Shown here: positions 26,671-38,619 of the stretch, piece after piece | How the letters are laid out: every line of letters starts with the position of its first letter | Position numbering within the stretch: the first letter of the stretch is position 1 | From: Octopus vulgaris | Lineage: Eukaryota | DNA length: 64,000 bases | Direction: 5' to 3' | Assembly (NCBI GenBank): GCA_951406725.2 | Contig: OX597825.1 | Location: 80,352,001-80,416,000 of the forward strand | Made by a program: the position numbers and the translations under genes | Notes under the pieces: generated by a model | What the model was told of the DNA's origin: nothing | Database searches by the model: none | The model's input: only the letters and a program-made list of their open reading frames with translations

Positions 26671-27445
26671 CAGTTTAACAAAGTAGCTATGAATATAATT
26701 ACTGTATCCCTTATCAAGTCCCAAGGATAAAAAGCAAGTCTGCAAAATTAACGCACGTAGTGATGGATTTTACAGTTTCGAATAAGGCTATAACTAACTC
26801 GGTCTCACAAAAGTCAGTAAGATGTTGGCCATGACTATGCAGTTACTAAGTAAAGTACGTGGCACAGATCACAACGGAAAGGTGGACGAGACAGGAACTC
26901 TTTGTGTATCATACGTGAAGTCACTTACTCCCACTTGGCTGATGTGGCCGACAAGGAAACATCACTTTTATATACTTGTTGCTTTGAGTTTAAATTCATT
27001 GGGTTCAAAGAAAAATGCTTCCAATCTCTGAGAGTGACATCACTAAACACAGTCAACTTTGCTTTTGTCTATGTCTATGTGTGTGTATGTGTGTGTGTAT
27101 TGTAAGTTTAGGACGTATTATGATTTTAGACAAAAAAAATATTCAATGTTAAAAAAGAAAGAAAATATACCAATGGCCACAGATGGCCTGGAAGGCCGCA
27201 GGTTCCTCATCTCTGGGTTAAACCAAGAGGCAAGCAGGAGACTCAGGAGTAGACCGTAAGCAAGATAGATAACATCCATGAGCTTGGCTCGCTTGGAGAT
27301 CTGGCCGGATCAATTGGATTGGAGACGGTTGCTTCTGAGAAAACACCCGACAGCGGGCATGCTTCAGGATTCTTCCCAAACAACCATTGCAGGAATAAGT
27401 GGGTGAAGAAGACGAGATAAGATTATATATATATTAATTTATATA

Positions 27446-27750
27446 TCATCATCATCATTTAACATCCGTTGTCCATGCTGGCATGGGTTGGACTGTTTGA
27501 CTGGACTGGCACACTGGGATGCTGCACCAGACTTCATGGTTTTCTACAGCTGGTTGCCCTTCCTAATGCCAACCACTCCGAGAGTGTAATGGTTGCTTTT
27601 ACGTTCCACTGGCACAGGTGCCATTTGCATGACACCGGGATTATTTTATGTGTCACCGACACAGGTGCCAATTTGTGTGACACCTGTATCTGCCACGACT
27701 GAGATTTTGCTCGGTTTGATGGGTCTTCTACTCAAGCATGACATAATGCC
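27446..27750 (-). mobile_element. SINE-like family C, degraded
   Basis: catcatcatttaacatccgttgtccatgctggcatggg...gcccttcctaatgccaacc. Confidence 0.8.
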
Positions 27751-28038
27751 ACACAATATGTTTTTATGTGCTAAAATCGTATATTCTGTTTATTAAATAT
27801 TTATCTCTCACCAGATGGAGTATTTTTTTTATTGATCTTACCATCACAGAACAGTATGCTATATACGCATACATACACACACAAAAAGAGAGACAGACAG
27901 ACAGATGAGATCACGAGAACCCCAATATAGAAAACACTTAGTAGCACTCAAATAATTCAAACTTACACTCTGATATCTTTACTGAGGACCATGGAGAAAC
28001 TAATTCAAATAAACAGGTAAAACTTTGAGATTTAATGT

Positions 28039-28104
<66 letters not shown>

Positions 28105-28242
28105 CTGCTAAAAAGAGAAGGCAGACTTAAAATTTTCAGATGATTTACAATCAAGTATAAATACATATATTTTTTTTTATAGAGCGAACTTATTCAAATT
28201 ACACAGACTCAAAGAATTAGAAGGGAGAAAGCGTTACAAGTT

Positions 28243-28365
28243 CGACAGCTGTTTCTGGAGGCTTAGATTTACTTCATAATGTTGGTAGATGTAGTTCATT
28301 AAAAATTTGCTTCCATTACTGGAAGCAAATAAACATTGGTAAAACTCAGAGCTTCCTTCATCAAA
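28243..28365 (-). ncRNA. Degenerate hammerhead-ribozyme-like motif with long stem II insert
   Basis: Minus strand reads uUGAUGA-a-GGAAGCU...AGCCUCC-a-GAAA-CAGCUG-UC. C3 is mutated and stem I is not convincing. Confidence 0.35.
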
Positions 28366-28554
28366 GTGATTCCTATCTATCCACCCTGTTTATTTCATCG
28401 CTATTATGTTGAACTGTCGTATGTCCAAATCTGACTGCGTTTTCTTCAATATTTATTTTTGCTTGCAATAGCCTCTTTCTTTGGTCAAACTATAGTATCT
28501 CCAGCTGCTTGAGATGCCAAGATATTGTCAAAATCATTCTTTATCTCTCTGTCT

Positions 28555-28604
<50 letters not shown>

Positions 28605-28769
28605 TCAATTCAAATAAATAAATAAAATTAACGGATAACGAGGACGTGCACAAGCTTGTTGCTCGGTGAAAAGAGAGAGTTTGACATTTCATTGGAAAGG
28701 ACAAAGGGGGAAAGTCCAAAGAAGGAAAAGAAACCGCCAACAGCACTTGTGTAGCTACATTGTCTATAA

Positions 28770-29700
28770 ATATAGAATACGAATAGCCTGGACAAAGTTC
28801 AGAGAGCTCTTGCATCTGCTGGTGACAAAGAGCCTCTCGCTCAGAGTAAAAGGTAGACTGTATGATGCATGTGTACGAACAGCCATGCTACATGGCAGTG
28901 AAACATGGGCCGTGACTGCTGAGGACAAGCGTAAGATCGCAAGGAATGAAGCCAGTATGCTCCGCTGGATGTGTAATGTCAGTGTGCATACTTGACATAG
29001 TGTAAGTGCCTTGAGAGAAAAGTTGGACCTAAGAAGCATCAGATGTGGTGTGCAAGAGAGACGACTGCGCTGGTATGGTCATCTGTTGCGTATAGATGAG
29101 GAGAGCTGAGTGAAAAAATGCCACACCTTAGTGGTTGAGGGAACCTGCGGAAGAGGTAGACCCAGGAAGACCTGGGATGAAGTGGTGAAGCACGACCTTC
29201 GAACATTAGGCCTCACCGAAGCAATGACTAGTGACCGTGCCCTTTGGAGATGTGCTTGTGCCTGAGAAGACCCAGCAAGCCAAGTGAGACCATAACCCAT
29301 GGCCTTAAAAAGACTCCGCCGGTTACGACAACGAGGGTCCCAGCTGATACGATCAACGGAACAGCTTGCTCGTGAAATTAACGTGCAAATGGCTGAGCAT
29401 TCCACAGACACGTGTACCCTTAACGTAGTTCTCGGGGATAATCAGCGTGACACAGAGAGTGACAAGGCTGACCCTTTGAAGTACAAGTACAACTCATTTT
29501 TGCCAGCTGAGTGGACTGGAGCAACGTGAAATAAAGTGTCTTGCTCAAGGACACAACGCGTCGCCGGGAATCGAACTCACAACCTTACGATCATGAGCCG
29601 AATGCCCTAACCACTAAGCCACGCGCCCTCACAACCCATGGCCTATGCCAGGGGTGTAACCAGACCACTTATACGTACCTTCCCTTCATTGTTTGTTTTC
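28770..29700 (+). mobile_element. RTE-clade LINE 3' end (ORF2 C-terminus plus 3'UTR) carrying a SINE insertion
   Basis: RIAWTKFRELL...KGRLYDACVRTAMLHGSETW...RRLRWYGHLLR...GRGRPRKTWDEVV, with in-frame stops. Confidence 0.93.
29306..29632 (-). mobile_element. SINE family D (tRNA-like head, CORE-like gtgtccttgagcaagacactt)
   Basis: Head ggcgcgtggcttagtggttaggg...gagttcgattccc. TSD aacccatggcct at 29294-29305 and 29633-29644. Second copy at 63156. Confidence 0.92.
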
Positions 29701-29794
29701 CATTTGTGTTGTTCGAAAGAATAGTTCATGTTCCATGTACTCGTGCTGCGTACTTTTTTGTTGTACACGTTTCGTGACGTCCTGTGCCCACATA

Positions 29795-29797
<3 letters not shown>

Positions 29798-29887
<90 letters not shown>

Positions 29888-29934
29888 ATATTTCGGAATG
29901 GTCATATTGCCAGTTTAGCCAATAATATTTAAAC

Positions 29935-29981
<47 letters not shown>

Positions 29982-30039
29982 TAGATAGATAGATAGATAG
30001 ATATAGATATAGATGTATGTACATATACGCATGTATATA

Positions 30040-30079
<40 letters not shown>

Positions 30080-30149
30080 TATATATATATTTATAGATAG
30101 ATAGATAGATATAGATATAGATGTATGTACATATACGCATGTATATATG

Positions 30150-30203
<54 letters not shown>
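29798..30203. repeat. (TA)n/(GATA)n array with a duplicated higher-order unit
   Basis: gatagatatagatatagatgtatgtacatatacgcatgtata occurs twice (~29996 and ~30104). Confidence 0.9.
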
Positions 30204-30206
<3 letters not shown>

Positions 30207-32160
30207 TATATTATTATTATTGTTGTTCTTGTTATTATTATATATACAAGATTTTGAACTGCTTTTTAACACAATCAGCGATTTTTTTAAATATGCTTAT
30301 TTGTTATGAAACCTATCAGCCCATGCCGTTTTCATTACGGACAGCCTATCAGAGAAGTTAAAGATTAGCGTTCTGTCGCCGGATGAAGTCGTTATTGAAG
30401 ATGTAGCGACATGGCTTCTTCGATCAGCCGGCTTATTACAACAAACTTCTGTCACACGACTCTGACACTGATTTCAGCCAATCAGCAAAAGTGATTATCC
30501 TTACGTAATTTGATGTCCCTTCTGACAAAGTTTATACAACTTTTAAATTGATCAGTCAACCTTTCAAAAAATAGGTCCCGCAAGTTAAAACAACTTTCTT
30601 CTATAAGCAACAGCACTGTAGTGTTTTCTTAACTTATACTTCAAAGTTAAACTCCTTCAGTGGGAAAAGTTTTAGGGGAAGGGATGAGCTCCTTTGTAGC
30701 AATTTATTCTGGATACATGACCAATTTGTTACAAACGCTACACCAGGTTCAGATACAGGGCCGCCATTATGTATTAAGGCAAGCAAGGCCATCGTTTAGA
30801 GCGCGAAAATCGGAGTGGAAGACAGTAAAAGGAAAAGACATGTAATAAATATTTTTTGACGTTAGCTCTTGTCTGCATATTTGTCAATCAATAAAGAATT
30901 GCTGTAGCTGTTTGTTTAATGGTTAAGAAAAACAAAAACTCAGTTATCACCATTTATTGATTATAATATTATGTAATATATAATATAATACTGTACCATA
31001 AATATTGTAAGATACTGCTCGGGTTATATTCAGTAGATAATCATAACTGAGAGGGTATTCATTGTAAGTAATAACCTCAGGCACTACTTTGGCACCGAGC
31101 CTGTCCAGATGTCTTCGTGGCCAGTAATAAAGTCACAATTTTGGCTTGGAAAGAAAGTCAGGTATTCAAACAAAAATACTCGAGTCAGTCACAATTTTTA
31201 AAGTACCTTAAAAATCTTAAGTAATAAAACAGAAAATATTTAAAATCAGTTATTAACTGACAATACATGAGACTTTTTTTCCATGACTTTTTTCCTGTAA
31301 CTTTTTTACCTGGATTCGATGCCTTATATAATTCCTTACTCAAAGACTGGTAGGAAGCCATTTGCGAACGTTTTTCGTCAAATATAACGATTGTTTTACA
31401 GTTTTTTTCGTTACGAGTTATGACACTTATAAAGTTGAAGACACTTATAAACCTAAAGATCCCCAATGTCAGTTCCAGTGATTTTGTTGCCCTACTTCGG
31501 ATGGAGTACGACTTTAAAATAAGCGCTGCAAGTTAACGAACTATTCTTTAGTTTACAAAGTGCATTCATTATTGTTGTGATCAATAGATCTTTATGATAT
31601 CTATCAACTAAGAGCAAGATGAAATTGCGTCAGTTTCTTTCGGTTTATGACCACAAATTGAAACTGAAAATATTAATACTATTCAGTAATTTCCAGACAA
31701 ATGGATCATAAGTCAGCTCGCTCTCTTTTTGGGGGTGGGGTAGGGCCAAACATTTCTTCGGATTCATACGTGATTGATATATTATGATTTTGCCAAAGAT
31801 AAACGAAAAAGAAAAAAAACAGCTTTCCAAATTTTAAATTTTACTTCCGGCCAAATCTTTGTTTTCAACTTTTTCTTTTTCTGGTGGTGGTCGTGGTGGA
31901 GTTATATGTGTATGTTATTGTGACTGTCGCCCACCACTGCTCGACAACCGATGTTACGTTCCAGTAACTTACCGGTTCGGTAAAGGACACTGATAGAATA
32001 AGTACCGGGTCAAAAAAGAATTATGAGTACTGGTGTCGATTCGTTCGAATAAAATTCCTCAAAGCGATGCGCCAGCATGACCACACCACAACCCTCGAGA
32101 TGAAACAAGTACAAAAGTAATGCATAAAACGTACATATATGTTAACATGCAAACCATATA

Positions 32161-32666
32161 TCTATATATATAAAACTCTAGTTGTGTGAGTGTCTGTCCC
32201 CTTCGATTTAGATTCCTAACTCCTCCCACATTTTGCGGTGCAGTTTAACCAAATTCGGGTATCTTATAGTCGTGATTCATATCGAGCCCGTCTGACTATT
32301 AGCGCGCGTCAACGATGAGTCTACGATTTTAAAAATAATTTAACATCATTTTTTATTCCATTTTAATGCATAAAATGCATCGTGTGTCGATGGCGGCGGA
32401 GTTGGCGTCCACGCTCACAGCTGCACCTGTTTGCTTCTCCCCCTTCCCTCCCTCGTGAAGCTGTGGGGAAGGGAGTGTAAAGAAATCAACGTCGTAATGC
32501 GTTGTGAAGGAAAGCAGCGTTCTTTTAGAACAACGACTTCATGGCTTGAAGACACCAAAACAAAAATGGCTAAGAAAGCCCGAATTTATAAGGGAAGTAA
32601 CTCTCTAAAAATGCTTATATAGTTATTTCCTTTACAAACCCGAGCAACGCCGGGCGATACTGCTAG
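32161..32666 (+). mobile_element. Non-autonomous Helitron, copy 1
   Basis: 5' A|TCTATATATATAAAA. 3' hairpin cccgagcaacgccggg followed by CTAG. Confidence 0.92.
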
Positions 32667-33178
32667 TCTATATATATAAAACTGTAGTTGTGTGAGTGTC
32701 TGTCCCCTTCGATTTAGATTCCTAACTCCTCCCACATTTTGCGGTGCAGTTTAACCAAATTCGGGTATCTTATAGTCGTGATTCATATCGAGCCCGTCTG
32801 GCTATTAGCGCGCGTCTACGATGAGTCTACGATTTTTAAAAATAATTTAACATCATTTTTTATTCCATTTTAATGCATAATTTTTCGTGTGTCGATGGCG
32901 GCGGAGTTGGCGTCCATGGTCACACCTGCACCTGTTTGCTTCTCCCCCTTCTTCCCTCCCTCGTGAAGCTGTGGGGAAGGGAGTGTAAGGAAATCAACGT
33001 CGTAAAGCGTTGTCAAGGAGACCAGCGTTCTTTTAGAACAACGACTTCATGGCTTGAAGACACCAAAACAAATGGCTAAGAAAGCCCGAATTGGCATCTA
33101 TAAGGGAAGTAACTCTCTAAAAATGCTTATATAGTTATTTCCCTTACAAACCCGAGCAACGCCGGGCGATACTGCTAG
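32667..33178 (+). mobile_element. Non-autonomous Helitron, copy 2 (head-to-tail)
   Basis: Starts TC directly after the CTAG of copy 1 and ends hairpin + CTAG|T. Confidence 0.92.
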
Positions 33179-33378
33179 TTTTATATAAGATGAAAAATAT
33201 AACAGTCATTGATGCACGAAATGAGATTCGCGAATAAGTTCTTCGCGATCTCTAAATCTGTTTCGCCGCATATCTCTGCTCATGAAGTCATGATGTTAAA
33301 AATGCACCACTAGTTCGACATTATTGCCTGAGCTTCTTGGTGAGCATCCAGTATCCTCCTATAAGTTAAAGGTAATAA

Positions 33379-33603
33379 GGCGGCAAGCTGGCAGAAACGT
33401 TAGCACGCCGGGCGAAATATGGTATTTCGTCTGTCGTTACGTTCTGAGTTCAAATTCCGCCCAAGATCGACTTTGCCTTTCATCCTTTCGGGGTCGATAA
33501 ATAAAGTACTAGTTACGCACTGGAGTCGATGTAATCGACTTAATCCGTTTGTCTGTCCTTGTTTGTCCCCTCTGTGTTTAGCCCCTTGTGGGTAGTAAAG
33601 AAA
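33379..33603 (+). mobile_element. SINE family A
   Basis: Full length, with flanking repeat tataagttaa at 33360 and 33606. Confidence 0.9.
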
Positions 33604-35102
33604 TATATAAGTTAAGGGAAGTATGGGATGTCACTTCCGGCGAATTGACGTTCATTTTTTTTTCTAACCTCCAAATTGAATATTAAAGTTTTTGTATGGA
33701 AATTCCACGTTTAAAAATACGGAGATTATAATTCTGGGAAAAATGTTTTTCAAGATTACATTATCTATTTATCAACACTGATTGCTTACGATAATTTTGC
33801 ACAGACAATTTGTGATCATGAAGTAAATGACTGCTGTTAAAGTCCTATCCATATCATAATAGAGATAACGAAATACAAACCATTGCTCGTGTTACTTGTA
33901 GTCTTCTTTTCTTATCTCGATTTAACCATCCACGAATCTCGCTTGTTTAGATTAACTAAATGTATGACCCAGAACAACAATTGTGAAATTTATCAAAACT
34001 TTTCTCAAACGATTATTGCTACAACCGCTTTAATTTAACACTGTCACATAACCGTAGACTGGGTGTTTGGATTTACATGTTTAATATTCTTTATAAAGTG
34101 ACGCTCAAGCAGAATCGTTAGCGCGTCCAATAAAATGTTTAGCGGCATTTCTTTCGGCTTTTTATTTTGGGGGTTCAAATTCCGCCAAGGTTGGCCTTAC
34201 CTTTTATTCTCTTGGGGATTGATAAAACAAAGTACCAGTTGAGCACTGAAGTCGATGTAATCCCCTCAAAACTGTTGACCTAGTGCCAAAATAAGAGTTA
34301 TATTCTTTGCAATAAATTCCGTTAATTTTCTCTGTGATTTCCTGTAACTGCAGTCACTTCTTGAAAGGTTAGATAAATAAATAAACTAAAAAACACATTT
34401 TTCTGTCGAGATATCATCTAAAAGAGACATCGCTAGCAAGAGATGCTAGTTTTCCCGACCAAACCCGTGCTTACTAGAGACCGGTCTCACACACATACAT
34501 ACACGCATAAACTTTCTATTTACGAAGACATTGTGATACTTGTGAACGTTTGACCCATGATAACATGTACAGAATAAACAAGTTGATTTATACTTCAGCT
34601 GTGCTTGATTGACCGTGTTTTGTTTGTGCTGTTGTAGCAGTGTTTAAATCTGGTAGTTAGTCGTAGCTTAAAAAGGTAAAAAGAAGTATAAAAAAAGAAT
34701 TGCCGTAGGGTATGAATATAGTTCAATTTTCATAACGTGTTAATTTAATCATTGCGACAATCAATGAATAATAAATATATGGGTTTCTGGATTACTTTAC
34801 ATTTGGTTTAGATCGTTTCTTAAATTCAATGGTTGCAACTGGACACCGTCATGGCTTTGAATTCAATAGAGGATGCGGCAGAAAAACATCCCGCATTTTA
34901 TACGGCCATAGACGTGAGGCTAATAAAGTTAGGTTGGAGGTAACAGTGTCTTCATAAAGCTAATGATTTACCGTTTGATTTCTCAGCTGCTACTATGGTT
35001 TAGACTGGTATATAATTATGCAATTGCGGTCGAAACATTTATAAAGAATGGTGAATCTGGAGTTTTTTCGCCGCACCCTCCAACAACACTATCAGTTCCT
35101 AC

Positions 35103-35520
35103 CTCACGGCTTCACAAGATTTGTTCCAATTTATTGAAAACCTTAAGAAAACCGAATTCTTCCTTTAGAATAACAACTTCCCAGAATTTAAATATTTGTT
35201 TTATGTCTGTTCAGTGCTTTTTAGCTCTAACGTGTTCTTTAATGATAGAGGTGGTGGTGGTGGTGGTGATGCTAGCTGTTGTTGTTGTTGTTGTTGTTGT
35301 TCTGAGTCTAATTTCCGTTTGGTTTACTTTTTCATTCTCCCATTTATTTTTCCATCCACCAGAAACGTATTTTTCTTCAGATTTTAAACAACTCCAGCCT
35401 TGGAACGAAGAATAACGGCTCGTATCGCTAAGGGAACCACTTAAATTCTTTATTACTTCCGTTATTTTCGCCGGAAATTTCAGTGTTAAAACATTTCATT
35501 CAAAATGGCGTTGACGGACA
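35103..35520 (-). promoter_or_regulatory. Candidate TSS and non-coding first exon
   Basis: YY1-like caaaatggcg (35501-35510), ETS-like acttccg (35455) and ccggaaat (35471), microsatellite-containing leader, donor GAG|GTAGGA at 35103/35102. Confidence 0.4.
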
Positions 35521-35819
35521 AACAACATTGACGTTAAACCATCCAAGCTACTACCACTACTATTACTACTACTACTATAGTTATGTTTATTCCTTCATTT
35601 ATTATACATCTCCTATAGGTACGATTTAGCCAGAAAGTTAAGAATTTCGCTTCACAATCACGAGGTTTCAGTTTCGATTCCACTGCGTGGTATTTTGCTC
35701 ATATATCTTTTACTATAGCTTTAGTTCGAAGTATACCTTGTCGGTGAAACTGTGTAAAGAAAAACAGAATAGAAGCTCGCCGATTGGATTATCCTGGTAA
35801 TTCAAAAGGTACAGCCTGG

Positions 35820-36173
35820 GGATCTTTTATAAAACATCTTTTTCTCTTGGCTTTATTGAGAAAATTCTATAGTTTGTAAGATAGTTGTTGTTTTTTTCTT
35901 CAATTTCTGCAGTTTCAACCAATCAAATGACGTCTATTGAGGTGAAAACATTCTGTGCCGTATGAATATGTCCCTCGTTTAAGAAACAGATTGGGTTTAT
36001 TTACATTTGTGAAGAAAAAAGATACCCCTACCCCTACCCCACCCCCACCCCCACACCCAACCCTAACCCTAAAACAGATTGAAATGCTATAGATCGATAC
36101 TAGTGTCATAATTATGGGTAACAATTTCATATGACACCGCTAGAAAAAACTGCCGTTCAAACCGAAAAGATCC
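35820..36173 (+). mobile_element. MITE family F, left arm deleted
   Basis: Right TIR aaaaactgccgttcaaaccgaaaagatcc. Body matches 40906-41306. Confidence 0.88.
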
Positions 36174-36345
36174 GAATTATGTTAAAGATAGATGTGTGTG
36201 AGGAATACTCAGCTACTCTAACATGTTAATTCAAGGGCAGGTAATTCAGTTGCTCGAACAACTGAATCCTCATTGTCGAACGACAGAGATCCACCACGTC
36301 TTCTACAAAAGCAAGATGTCTTTCTTTTAAACAAAAAGTGATTAG

Positions 36346-36745
36346 GAATGGCTGTGTGGTAAGTAGCTTGTTTACCAACCACATGGTTCCGGGTTCAGTC
36401 CAACTGCGTGGCACCTTGGGCAAGTGTCTTCTACTATAGCCTCGGATCGACCAAAGCCTTGAGTGGATTTGGTAGACGGAAACTAAAAAAAAAAAGCCCG
36501 TCGTATATATGTATATATATATATATACGTGTATATGTTTGTGTGTCTGTGTTTGTCCCCCTAGCATTGCTTGACAACCGATGCTGGTGTGTTTATGTCC
36601 CCGCTACTTAGCGGTTCGGCAAAAGCGACCGATAGAATAAGTACTGGGCTTACAAAAAGAATAAGTCCCGGGAACGAGTTGCTCGATTAAAGGCGGTGCT
36701 CCAGCATGGCCGCAGTCAAATGACTGAAACAAGTAAAAGAGAGAG
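36346..36745 (+). mobile_element. SINE family B, full length
   Basis: Near-identical to the 40083 and 11151 copies. Confidence 0.92.
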
Positions 36746-37042
36746 TATATCATGGCGGAGTCTTTGTAATCCTTAAAAACTTACATGTATCATGTTTCGT
36801 TTTTGCTTTATTTATATTTTAGAAAGTTTAAACAACATTGTGATAGTCAATGGAAATTCCGGTTCCCACTTCTCTAGACAGTTGGAAAAGGCAAAAACAA
36901 TTGGATGACAAATTTAGGGTTCAACGAATCGCGTTCAGTTATTGTCCCAAGATGTAAAGAGGTACCACTGAGCGGATTCAGCGGTAGGAGCACTGAGCAA
37001 TTGATGACAGTTTCGTTAGTTCATTGTGCTGAGTTAGAAGTC

Positions 37043-37395
37043 CACGACCCTAGTATCGATCTATTGCATTTCAATCTATTTTAGATTTAGGATTAGGGGT
37101 GGGGGAACGGTATCTTTTTTTCTTCACAAATGTAAATAAACCCAATCTGTTTCTAAAACGAGGGACATATTCATACGGCACAGAATGCTTTCACCTCAAT
37201 AGACGGTCATTGATTGGTTAAAATTGCCGAAATGCAAGATATTGAAGAAGAAATATGTTACAAACTACATAATTTTCTCAAGAAAGCCAAGAGAAAATGA
37301 TGTTTTATAAACACATTCTACCAGTATACGAAGTTTAAAATTTTTTAGTTACCTAAAAATTATGTTAAAAACTGCCGTTCAAACCGAAAAGATCC
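37043..37395 (-). mobile_element. MITE family F, opposite orientation, one end missing
   Basis: Reverse-complement body and terminal aaaactgccgttcaaaccgaaaagatcc. Confidence 0.85.
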
Positions 37396-37489
37396 TATTC
37401 TTCCATGAAATGTTTTTACAAATTTCATCTCTAGGGTCCTCAAGAATTGTTTGTAAATCAGTCGTGGTCTACCGACTTTGTAGATAATC

Positions 37490-37505
37490 TGACGTCACTT
37501 CCGCC
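37490..37505. promoter_or_regulatory. Overlapping CRE-ETS composite site
   Basis: TGACGTCA (37490-37497) overlaps ACTTCCG (37497-37503). Confidence 0.35.
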
Positions 37506-38334
37506 GTCATACATGAAACGTATATCTCTTTAAGTTCTCCATTATCTACCATACTTGTTGATAACTAAAATAGATTTTTTTTCCCCCTAATGTACAATCA
37601 TTTCTATTTGGAACCTTCACGTGAAGTAAGATCAACAACAGATACGTGAAGAGCACCATTCAACTAAGAAAAATACGAGAAACGACATAATTTTGGCCAA
37701 TAAAAACAATGGATTCGCGAGCAATTGTACAAATGAAGTACATTTATAAGTTTGCATAAGAAACTTTGAACGAAATCATCTTGATATATCCATGTCATAA
37801 ACAGACGAGTTTATATGTTTACCTGCTTTATAGAAAGATCATGGCTTCATAATAGTAAAGACTAAAATACGGTGTAATGATGTCTGGATTTTAACTTTCT
37901 GCGTATGTAATGGAGATTGCAGATATTTAGTCGCTATTATTAACTTGTATGCTTAGTGCGATACTTAAACTCTGTTACAGTCTATTTTGTGTTATTAGCT
38001 CTTTTGACACTCGCCTAATTAAAATAGCTTTTCCACATAGGATGTACACACATTAAATCATCCGTCAAGCTTTATGTAGGACAAATATTTTAATTTTCTT
38101 CCCCAATTAATTATATTTATTGTCGATTATGCTCATGGACTTGGGTTTATGCTTGTGGTGGTTGAAGGAAATAAAGTTATGCATTCATCATCTCGTGTTG
38201 GAGAGCGTTTGATAATTTGGTGAAGTTAATTGCTAAAATTAAGTTTTAATGATGGCAGAGTTGTAAAGGTCTGAACGACACAGTAAAAAATAAAAGCAAT
38301 TAAGGGTGAGGAGCTTAGCGGCATTTCGTCCGTC

Positions 38335-38560
38335 GGATCTTTACCTTTTGACCGATAGATTAAAAAAAAAATTTGTAATTAAATACTTTCAAACTTCGTA
38401 TACTGGTTGAACGTGTCACATAAAACATATTTTGCTCTTGGCGTTGTTGAGAAAATTCTGTATCTTGGAAGTTACTTTTTGTTAAAGTTGTCGTATTTCG
38501 GTAATTTCAACCAATCAATGATGCCTATTCAACTGAACAACTATTGGCGGAAAAAAAAAA
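38335..38560 (+). mobile_element. Diverged relative of MITE family F
   Basis: ggatctttt start; shares aaacttcgtatactgg, ttgagaaaattctgta and aatttcaaccaatcaatga. Confidence 0.65.
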
Positions 38561-38619
38561 AGAATAGCTTTGTAAATAGAATCAATGAGCACCTTTTGCA
38601 GTGTCTTCTTGAATGCGCT

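Noticed and set aside
29560-29630. tRNA gene (A/B boxes), and likewise the other SINE heads
   Set aside because: Continues into the SINE body with a TSD; no complete cloverleaf is evident.
31006-31172. Solo LTR (TG...AATAAA...CA)
   Set aside because: No TSD, weak terminal inverted repeat and no second copy.
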